From contig RBZT01000696.1 in assembly GCA_003693705.1 (NCBI GenBank), forward strand, positions 1 to 64,000: 64,000 bases of DNA, read 5' to 3'. A program made the translations under genes and the position numbers. Under the pieces are notes generated by a model. That model ran no database searches, was not told where the DNA came from, and saw only the letters and a list, made by a program, of their open reading frames with translations. This document shows, piece by piece, positions 11,241-20,972 of this stretch (the first letter of the stretch is position 1; each line of letters begins with the position of its first letter). Source of the DNA: Polymyxa betae A26-41. Lineage: Eukaryota; Protista; Endomyxa: Phytomyxea.

Positions 11241-11370
11241 TTAGTATTCATTCGTTTGTCCATACAGGAACGCCGTGTTGACATCCAATTGCCTCAGATG
11301 TAGTCCAGCATGTGCCGCGTACGCCAACATTACAAGCAGTGAACTCAACGAGACGGCAGGAGCGAGGACG
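11241..11370 (-). mobile_element. Ty1/copia reverse transcriptase fragment
   Basis: APAVSLSSLLVMLAYAAHAGLHLRQLDVNTAFLYG matches the copia RT (RVT_2) motif APV...LLAxAA...QLDVKTAFLxG. Confidence 0.85.
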
Positions 11371-11437
11371 TAAAAATAAAGGTCTTGGGCTGCGAAACGG
11401 TTCTCAATCACTTGAAGAAACAATCCTGAAAAAAGTA

Positions 11438-11511
11438 TGGAGAATGGGGTAGTCGAAACCCCGACCTCGTCGTTGCTAACGACGCGTGATGACCAACTAC
11501 ACCAATTCCCC
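11438..11511 (-). tRNA. tRNA-Ala(AGC), copy 2
   Basis: Identical over 74 nt to 7690-7763, with an oligo-T terminator downstream. Confidence 0.95.
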
Positions 11512-11627
11512 AGATTGGTAACGATCTTCTCGTAACGCAACTCTTCTGCAAGCAGCGATTCGTCTATCTTCCGATCAGGGACGTTACCGCAGGATCGAAT
11601 CTTAGAAATGCTAAAGGTTTTGGTTCT

Positions 11628-12193
11628 TCATTCTTTGCGATATTTTTGGAGTTTATATTCCTGACAAAATCTGGAGTCGGTTGGCCAAATATTATGGCAA
11701 AGAAGGACGAACCAACTTCCATCATTTAACAAGCGGAGCCTCCCATCATGCATTGAAATCGATTCGAAATTCTTTAAAACCCACATTGCTCTTGTTCCGC
11801 CCGGTGTCATGAAGTTAAATACTTGTATAAAACGCCCTTCGCACATTCGCAGGGGATTGCAGCCGAAAGAGGGGCTCAAAGTCTCAAACGAATTCAAATA
11901 TGTGGAGCCGTACCGGTATGTAAAACGATATTTTCTTCCAGAGAATGCAAACACGATTTGATTGATGGCTGAATTCAGAGGACTGTGTTTTATGGGATTT
12001 GGATGTTCCTTTATTACAGGCGGCCTTGAGAAACATGCATGAAAATTTCTAGACAAATAGCATTGATTGAGATGGTCATAATCAGGGACGAATCCAGGGA
12101 AGAGTGAGGCCTAGAGAGGCCATGCCACCCCGTTCCCCTGAGAAACTGTTACAGAAGATCTCTAGATAAACAGTAGAATGGGCTCAGATCCAT
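11628..12193 (-). CDS. Orphan protein; apparent paralog of the 7788 ORF
   Basis: Open frame 12048-11628 after the acceptor ttgtctag. A possible first exon runs from ATG 12193 (MDLSPFYCLSRDL, donor GTAACA, in phase). Confidence 0.5.
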
Positions 12194-12465
12194 CGAAGAA
12201 TGCTTTTCCCTTTATTATGGAGCATGTCTTGATCTCCATTACAATGTAACTAGCGAGCTTTTGCTACAAATCAACTTGGTAATACTGCTCGACCCAAACC
12301 CGCAGGTGCTTTAAAGACATATTAACCAGAACCTTAAACCCTAACATATGGTCAAATTCGCACAGCACACAGGGACGCTCATAAGGCAGAAAACGGCCGA
12401 TCTACTACAAAGCCGAAGGTCACGCCGGACCCTGTTCATTCTGCTAACCGACCTCTCATTTCAAC

Positions 12466-13111
12466 ATGTCCTGGATTAACAGCCTGCTCATGCCGAGCGC
12501 TCAGCTCGGGGTCACTCGCTGTAGCGACCCGCCCGTCTCCCCGGGCCGGTACGTCCGCCCAGGGCGAAAGCACCCCTGGGACTGGACCCGCGACGACTCC
12601 TGGGGTCCGCAGCGCTCTCACGACGTCCGAGGGACGCCGACAATGCGGATCTGTACGCCGGTTGTCCACCTGGACTTGCTCGGCGATTGCAGATGGACAG
12701 AACCGAGCAGTCCGCGACCCAGAAAGCGTTAGCCGAATTGTGATAGACCCCATGACCCCATGGGGCCAGACTCGGCGGTATTTCTCACTCTGGACTGAAA
12801 GGAAAGCGAACTTGACTTATCTACGAATACCGGCAACCGACCGGGATGAAGAGTTTAAGGACAGGAATGAAGTTAATGGTCAGGCGTTAAGTCATTATTA
12901 TGTGGACTTATCAGCAGAAAGAAACGTCATATTACAGAGAGAACAGGTCTGTAATATAATACTCATCATCATCATCATCATAATCGCGTTCACCATCGGC
13001 GGCATCGTTACATTTCTATTCATGATCACGTTACTATGGGCCAGCAACCGATACCATCACGTTCGTCATCTGATTAACAACCAGAGCCGCTTCATGCAGA
13101 ATCCCGACTAA
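12466..13111 (+). CDS. HPWD-motif protein with C-terminal transmembrane segment, 2 exons
   Basis: Intron 12653-12692 (GTACGC...TTGCAG) joins the two ORFs in frame (...TPTMRIYGQNRAV...). The poly-Ile TM is encoded by an (ATC)n run. Confidence 0.7.
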
Positions 13112-13204
13112 AACAAATAAATAACAGCTTTGGAAACAAATAGAGGCGGGTAGGATCGCCTGCCGGGGGCGAGTACGTCCATCGATCGGCATCGAGATAG
13201 GTTA

Positions 13205-16047
13205 ATGGGGCTGGGCCGGCATGGACCTAGCGGCAACGGGGCCACGACGGGGCCGTACCGGGCCCTGGCCGCGCATTATACCGTCGGGCGGACGATCGGC
13301 GAAGGGACGTTCGGGAAGGTGCGCCGGGGCGTGCACCGCCTGACCCGGATCAAAGTCGCCATCAAGATCCTGGAGAAACGCCGCATTAAGGACGCCGACG
13401 ATGTCGAGCGGGTCAGCCGCGAGATCCATATCATGAAGCATATGAAGCACGCAAATATCATCAACCTGTTTGAGGTGTGGCTCTGTGACGCACCCTGTTT
13501 CGACGCACTTTTTAACTCACCTTTTTGATTTTTTCGGAAATTTCGGATTCTTTCATCAACAACGCACTTTTTTCAAAGCACATTGGGAAATTGGCGATTT
13601 TTTGTTGAACGAATATGCCGAATTTTCATGATTTTTTGAAGGGTTTCAAACAATTTTATGAACCGATTTTTTTGCGAATTCTCTCTTCGGAGCCAAATTT
13701 TCGTAAACCTTTTCACATTGCTTTGATATAATCGTCATAACAGCGTGGCAGGTGCTCGATACGAAACGGTTCGTGTTCCTGATCATGGAGTACGCTGCAG
13801 GCGGCGAACTCTTCGACTTCATCGTGCGCAACACGCGCGTCGACGAACGCCTCGCCGCCGAATTCTTCCACCATATCGTCAACGGCATCGATTTCTGCCA
13901 CAAAGCCAACGTCATCCATCGCGACCTGAAACCAGGTAACATTTCCGCACTCGGGGAACACACGCGGGCCAGTACGCCCACCGATGATTGATAGAGAACC
14001 TGTTACTGGACGCCAACCTGAACATCAAGATCGTGGATTTCGGCCTCGGGAATATTCAGACGCCGGACGGGCTGCTGACGACGGCGTGCGGGTCGCCGTG
14101 CTACGCGCCCCCGGAGATGATCCAGGGGCAGCCCTACGTGGGGTCGCGGGCTGATATCTGGTCCGCCGGGGTCATTCTATACGCTCTGCTCTGCGGGTAT
14201 CTCCCCTTTGAAGACTCCAACACCTCCGTCCTTTACAAGAAAATCTGCCAGGGCCGGTACGCCGCACGCGCTTTATTTTTCGAATTGCGGTTTCCGAATG
14301 CAAAAATTGTTGGTTTTCCGTTTTGCTTTTTTTGGGGGTGATTTCCGTTTGGTGAATGAATGAATGTTGAAAAAACAACACATTTGGTGATGGATTGGGT
14401 GGGCAGGTACGACGTGCCGGATTGGATCTCGCACTCCGCAAGGGATCTGATAGCGCGCCTGCTGCAGACGGATCCGGACAAACGCCTCTCGGTCGACGAT
14501 ATTCGCCTGCATCCGTGGTATGCGCAGACGGTCTGCTCCACGGACCCAGGTCGGTCCGCCCGTTTTTCACACCGGCTCGGTTTCCAAAATTCGGGTTTTA
14601 GGGTTAGGGTTTTCCATACTGAATCTGTGTGCCTTATAGGACAGCCATTGGGTAAGACCGAATACGGGACTCGTTCGGACCCGATAGTCGATGACATCAT
14701 CGAGGAGATGAAACAGCTGGGTTACGATACAGGCGCGACTGTGAACAGTGTGCTGAACCAGCTGCATGACCATCGACACGCTACATACCAGCTGCTGTTG
14801 TATCGTTACAGAATGGTGGATCGCACCTGTAACGAAGACGGCGAAGTTCGAGTGTTGCGTCCGCCGATGGCGAGAAATAGCGGTGAGGAGGCGCCGCCGG
14901 TGTTCTCCAGTGGCGATGTAACGAAACCGCCCGTCCTGGCACTGATGCCGCTGTTCGACGGCGCCGTGCGCCCCAGTGGGAGTGTAACATATCGATCGCG
15001 AGTGGATCGCTCGACCTATCAGGATGGGTCGGTAACAGCTAGACGACCTCTTGCTGGTGTCTCTGTCAAATATGATAAAGATCTCCTCATAGAGAGCAGC
15101 TCGCATAACAATAAGGTATCTGCGCTTGTCGAGTTTTACTGCAAAACATTATAACATTTTTTGAAACTTCTAGTTTCTGAAAACTTGTGCGTTTTTTGGA
15201 CCTTTTTAGGTCGAGTTCGTGGGAGTATAAAATTATCTCTGTTTCCAAATTTCTGTGATCTACTTTACTCGGCTTTTTGTGATCTCGGCTCTCCATTTCG
15301 ATAAATTTGTGGTTTTCCTCTATGGCATTGCGGACTTTGGAAATGATCGCTTTTCAATGCTGTTCCTGGTTTTCTAACATAATCTTTGTGAAATCGCATT
15401 AACAAGGATTGTAGAAGAATGCGGAAGCGAAGCCAGCTCGGACTGCGAGAAAGGAGCCGGGTGAACGTTCGGCAACAGCTGTGATCCCGCGCCTCACTCT
15501 CGATAACATCGACCGGGCTCTGGAACTCACCATCAAGCCCACCCGCGCCCCCGTCAGTGCAAGAACCTCTGGAACACGCCCTCGGCCTTCCACGCAAACT
15601 CCGCGCACGCATCGACGACCTTCCAATCCGCCCCAATCCGACGGCTTGGCACCTCAATCACCCGTAGCAAAAAGTACTCTTTTTTTTCTGAATTTTTGAT
15701 TTTTTTTTCGAATATTTTTAACTTTTTTTTTACTGCTTTTCCTTTTGGATTTTTTCTAACCTTGTTTCAGTTTCTGAAAACAAGTTCAATAAAACAGTTT
15801 CTGATTTTTTGCAGTTTATGCGCAGCCATCTCCACGGCGTATTTCGCATCCGCGAATCACCGTCAAAGGCACATCGACGACTCCGCGCCCCACACCGCCC
15901 TCCGTCGTTCCCGGCACTCCGCGACGTACGACCTCGGCTCGGCGAACGCCGGTCCCGCCACCGGGGCCCCCACCAACACGACCGCGAACGCCTCGGACGT
16001 TTAGGTCCGGGCGTCGAAGCTCGATTCCGACATCCTGGCGTGTCTAA
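13205..16047 (+). CDS. SNF1/AMPK-family (CAMK-like) Ser/Thr kinase, 7 exons
   Basis: Motifs [57 protein letters not shown], a UBA-like segment and an S/T/P/R-rich tail. Introns: 13475-13751, 13936-13994, 14257-14406, 14550-14639, 15116-15414, 15674-15814. Confidence 0.92.
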
Positions 16048-16076
16048 TACAAACGTAATCGAATTTATTGCTGGGT

Positions 16077-16286
16077 TTAGGGTTTCGGAGCCGGTTCGCG
16101 CTTGAATAACGTCCGCTGGCCGCAGATGATGACTGCGGGCGTCGTAGACCGGTCGCTGTCGATCGCGTAGTCCCAGGGATGTCTCTTGACGTGCTGGCCC
16201 TTGGATGGTGATGGTGGAGGGGACGGACTGTCGCTGGGACGCATCCTGTCTCGCAGCGGACGCCGGTCTGATGAAGGTGTCGTCAT
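16077..16286 (-). CDS. Small HPWD-motif protein, 69 aa; paralog of 12466
   Basis: PPPSPSKGQHVKRHPWDYAIDSDRSTTPAVIICGQ aligns by eye with PPVSPGRYVRPGRKHPWDWTRDD...TPTMRIYGQ. Confidence 0.55.
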   Translation of the reverse strand: MTTPSSDRRPLRDRMRPSDSPSPPPSPSKGQHVKRHPWDYAIDSDRSTTPAVIICGQRTLFKREPAPKP

Positions 16287-17519
16287 GTTGGTTGTGTCGG
16301 TTGGTTTGCAGAATGAAGGTCGGCCGAGAGAGGGCCTTCTGTAGACCCATGAAACGGCCGATTTCGCCCATATGTCGAGATGCGGGAGAATGTGGCTGTC
16401 CATGGAGCGTCCGGCTTCACAAAGTCCACAAACGGGTTTCGGATTTAGGGTGACTTGAGTCACAGATTGCGTCGATGTTCGCGGGAATCAAATGCAATCG
16501 AATCGGCATCCTGCTGCTGGTCGATCACATGCAGACTCCGTTTCGGCAATGTCAAATCGCAATCCAAGGGAGACGAAGTCGAGGAAGAAGAGGAAGTGGA
16601 GGATGAAGAATACAAAGAAGTTGAAGACGATGCACTCTCGAACGAGATTGGGCTTCCAACGATGCATTCTGGCATCAGATTGCCGATATTTAAAATGTTA
16701 TACTGTAAGACATTGCCATCTATAGTTTCATTACCTACTGCCCTGCAAAACCCTAAAGATTTACGCTTCGCACGAGGCTGTAAATGATAACGATACTCTC
16801 AGCGGTTATCAAAAGGGTCTAGTAGGGATTCTATGACAAAGACATCCTCAAAGGAAGGAATGTCTCGAGTCTGACCAGAAACGTCAGACAGAGGATGAGA
16901 TGATTGAGAACATTGACCAGATCACAAATGATTTTCGATCTCATCTTCTTGGTGAGGACACTGCGATAGCGGAGATTCGAGTCAAAGGTCCTGTTAAGAG
17001 CCTCTCCGTGATAGGGATGGCACACTCGAGGTAGGTGGCGCTCTTATATGTTAAGTAACTCTGAAGCTTCGACCTTACTACAAGCTGACAGATCATTGCT
17101 TGGACGATTAAGAGTCTTACGATAGTTCTGGGCCCATTATCAATCAAAAGACACAATCTGAAAGTGATGGGTCTCAAGAGAGATGAGAACATGTTTTTGG
17201 TGGTGGCTTTCAACCGAGAATCCGCAGTGGAGGCAGAGAGTGATTTTAGGGAATGAGAATTGTTTAGTAGGTTAATTTTAAATACTATCATCGACAGAAA
17301 CGAGGTCGTTCATGGTGGCACGCCATCTTTCAGGTAGCTGACAGTGTTAGGCCGGTAGGTTGGTGGCTCGGCTGCGCAGCCCGCACCTCAGTCTGAACTC
17401 CGAAACGCTCCGTCCCGCGGCCACCCTGTAAAACAAGAGACGAGCGTACGACGAAACAACGAGATTGATTGGATTTGTTGTTCAGAAACCCCGTGACGGA
17501 GTCTACCGTTACTTGATCT

Positions 17520-18873
17520 CCGTCAATTGATGGATGGTGACCTTCTTACACAGATCCCTTTCCCAGCAGGCGACAATTTCTAGGGCTGGATTTCACTTTG
17601 TGAGGACTATGCCCATATCGGTCTCGCCGAGCTGCTTTGCGATGCCCGCCCGACTGGCCTGACAGCGTAATCTTTCTTACAATCCTTTTCCGATCTTCGT
17701 CTGAAGGCAACTCCGATGATGCGCTTGCTGCTTTTTGAAAACTAATTGCAATCATCAATCCGCAGGAACGCTTCTAAATCCCAATCTTCTTCATATCATT
17801 TTTTAGAGTCAGTATCTTGAAGCCTCACAATGATGCTCGATAGGTAAGGTACGTGCTCTCTGGAAGACGAATCAGCTCACTCAAATTTCTCATTCTCGTA
17901 AGGTAATGATTGGATCCTTCTGTCCAATCTGCCTTTGGAATCGCAATAATTTCATGATCGACAGAGCACTAACTTCAGTAGTCTTGATAAGGCAAGGCTC
18001 AGATTTCATTCATGATTCGTAACAGGTCTTCAAAAGAGAGCGCTCTGACGATTTATCAAATCAAGGAAAGGCATCGCTCTGCGATTACAGGCCACATGTA
18101 GGTGGTGTCTTCCTCACCGGAATCATAGACGAGTTTCAAGCCATCAATATAACGTTTACGGATCCACTTCACAGATTCTGCAGTCCATTTCGGAGCCAGG
18201 ATATCTACGCAGGATTTGAATAAGACCACCATATCATTTCCTTTCACGATTAACGAGAATTCTTTGACCGCGTGACTCCTCGATGTATATCTCATGATAG
18301 TGGAAAACTGCAGATCTAGTCTGAGATCACAGCAGGAGACCATTTGCAAGAAATCGCAAGGACTGACTCTGTAGAGATTCAAATCAAATCGAAAGTCGTA
18401 AAAACGGATTCCGATTGCATTCAAGCAAGCCTGCTGAGTATCCGGCAGATTATAATCTCGTGCGAAGAAGAGCAGGTCGAGGTCGTCCAGGCCTTCCTTC
18501 GACTTCAGAAGATGATCGCAGATCTTCGTAACCGGCGCCGATATCAGATAATCAGCGACGACAGCTGCTGATTTGATATCATCAAGGCAACTTTGGGTGA
18601 GATGATGCAGGCCGTACACGACGATGAGATAGAGTTTGAGCCAATCGAGATTTTTGGACTTGTCGGCATTCCACATTGGAAGATTGATGTGGATTTCTTG
18701 ACGTTCATCATTTAAAGGGGATGTCAACATCTGTTGATATAGACGCTTTTGTTAGCGAGCACATCCTGGTGACAGAAGATCTTGGAGCCGTCGACAATCA
18801 GGACAAGGTCGCTGGTAGACTCCTTGTTGAAGATGGCCTCCATGGCATCGTGCAGCAGCGTCGAAGACGACAT
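17520..18873 (-). pseudogene. BTB/POZ-BACK protein pseudogene
   Basis: MSSSTLLHDAMEAIFNKESTSDLVLIVDGSKIFCHQDVLANKSVY (BTB start), then a frameshift near 18731 into MLTSP...ADYL...ARDYNL (BTB/BACK). Many in-frame stops follow downstream of 18056. Confidence 0.75.
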
Positions 18874-18986
18874 TCCAGTGTAAACTAGACCAAGAGTTCC
18901 GCCCAGCTGGTACTAAGATAAAATAAAAATTGTGGCAATGACAGCAAGTACTGTAATTGCAAGGTCCGCTCTCGGCATTAATAAAA

Positions 18987-19122
18987 GTGCGCCTATTACG
19001 CACTGTCAAAAAACAAGCTGGTAACAATGTGCGTGGGCTCTAAGAACAGTCCGCTGTCGACCGATTGGACAGTGCGCACGTTACGCACTGTCCAAAAACA
19101 AACGGTCAAAACGTGCGTGGGC
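18987..19122. repeat. Imperfect ~50-bp direct repeat, two copies
   Basis: gtgcgc..ttacgcactgtc.aaaaacaa...gtgcgtgggc at about 18987-19038 and 19072-19122. Confidence 0.7.
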
Positions 19123-19149
19123 AGTGCTCGAGCAAAGTGGGCGGTTCAT

Positions 19150-19892
19150 ATTTTTTCAATTCCTGCCCATGGAACGCCGTGTCTGCGTGACCAATTATAA
19201 CCTATTCATGGGTCCTCACTGTGCCGATTGTGCTGCGAGCCTACGATCGACGTAAAAGTGTGTTGGTTTGGGTGATCTTAGAAGTATCCGGCCAGGCTCT
19301 TCTGGTGATTCTGCCAAGCAGCTCTACACTCCTATCCATGAGATAATTTCGAACGAATAATGCGGACAACAAACAAAGGAAAACACGGCTTTAGATGGTG
19401 TCTTGTTTTCGAGCCGTCATCACGGAGACGCCGCAATAGCCAGTGATGGAACAGATTTCCTAGTTCGTTGACGAACTAGGCAACGCCGACCTTGAACTGA
19501 CCACCAAGACTATCCATCTTCACCATGAACAACTACGATCCGAACTTTTAGGGCGATGAAACCAGAGAAATCGTCCACATCAATTTGACGCCGCTAAAAC
19601 GATGCAGAAATACGCACTTGAGGCAACGCTTTACAAAGTGGACAGTTATGAGCGTGGCCATAATGCTTTTAGATGCACTTGGCTTAGCCTGCAGAGAACA
19701 TAACAGTGTGATAATGGCAGCAGGGGCATAAAACCAAAACATGCCCCATTTTGACTGCAGCGTCCAGGCCGAGGTAGCATCAACAAATTTGCTGTATCGG
19801 AAATTGACGAATCCGCCGCTTGCGCAGAGATACAGAATCGGGCCGAAGAGAAGAGTCGCTGCTGCCAGTAAATCTGCTATCGATAGAGACAT
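19150..19892 (-). pseudogene. Steroid 5-alpha-reductase/TECR-like gene, probably decayed
   Basis: HFVKRCLKCVFLHRFSG (consensus HFxKRxLExLFVHRFS, here E>K) and the downstream FSFVCCPHYSFEIISWIG. The intervening region is disrupted by stops. Confidence 0.7.
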
Positions 19893-20084
19893 ATCACTTT
19901 AAAATGATATCGCGAATGAAGGACTAAAGATAGACATTGGATGAAGGACACTGACGGCAGGCTGCGCTCAGCGGGCTGCGTTAGCTTTCGTCGTTAACAA
20001 TCAATGCTGCAGATTGTTGCTAACAGAGACTGCAGATAACAGCTAACAATCTCGTGATAATTTGGGAGATTGTACAAGAATCGC

Positions 20085-20348
20085 TTATAGACCCCGTGAT
20101 CTGAAAGCAGAAGATATCCGTTCAAATGCTGCCTTTGTTTGGCGAACAGCTGGACCAGCACCTCTCACCACTCCTGTTAGGAATAGAGTTAACCCGACCA
20201 CAGAACCGGCAGCGAATAGGATCGCCCTTGGAACGGTTGCCGGATGTCTTTGCATCTGTACCCACCAGTAGTATGTAACGACGGTAATGCCGATCCCAAC
20301 CAATGTAATGGCGAGCAAGACAGCATTCTTAGGCCTGATCCAGGCCAT
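20085..20348 (-). CDS. Small two-TM membrane protein, 87 aa
   Basis: ATG ORF with two hydrophobic segments and a basic tail. Confidence 0.55.
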   Translation of the reverse strand: MAWIRPKNAVLLAITLVGIGITVVTYYWWVQMQRHPATVPRAILFAAGSVVGLTLFLTGVVRGAGPAVRQTKAAFERISSAFRSRGL

Positions 20349-20972
20349 GTCTCACACCGATGTCGAAATCGGACGAATTTTGAAAAGCGTTGCTTATCAC
20401 TCGGTTATTTCACTTTTTATAAGGAACTTTGTAAGTTCTTGCTTTCGTTGGCTGGGTAGATTAGATTTGCTGATTGATCTAAATGTTCAATGGGATAATA
20501 GGATGATGCCTGGTTTGTCATGTCTTCGTGTGCAACCCAGAACTTTGCTATAGACTGGCATATATCGATTGAAATATGACAACATTTCAGGTTTCATCAC
20601 ACACGAGAACCGATTCTGCCGTATCACATTCCAAATTGCGAAGCCAAGGCGCAGGGGACCGGCTGGGAGCCGCTTTGTGATGTATCGTGTGTATAATCCT
20701 TGTTTTAGCGACCACCACCAAATTCAGAAAATGTGATGTGTTGGGATCTTCAGTTTTTGCAATCGCACTATCTAAAAAGGTTATAATAAAGAAATCTAAT
20801 TGTTTTACGAGAGGGACAACTTTTCTTGCTTCAAGCCCATTCTTTTCGTAACCAAACACCGAATAATCATCAGAAGCGACTTCCTTTACGACGACTTGCA
20901 AACATATTAAACTAGCTTAAACAGATTGATATATGGTACAATGGGATGAATTGAACAATGGGTCTGAGAGAT

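Noticed and set aside
7690-11511. Integrase-driven genomic island at tRNA-Ala
   Set aside because: No integrase is present, both tRNAs are complete, and the homology extends to adjacent ORFs, which favours segmental duplication.
17340-17500. Possible LTR end (...CCTAACA on the minus strand)
   Set aside because: No matching 5' terminus, TSD or PBS found.
17520-18060. TGA readthrough or alternative genetic code in the BTB gene
   Set aside because: TAA/TAG stops and a frameshift also occur, and intact genes in the window end at TGA normally.
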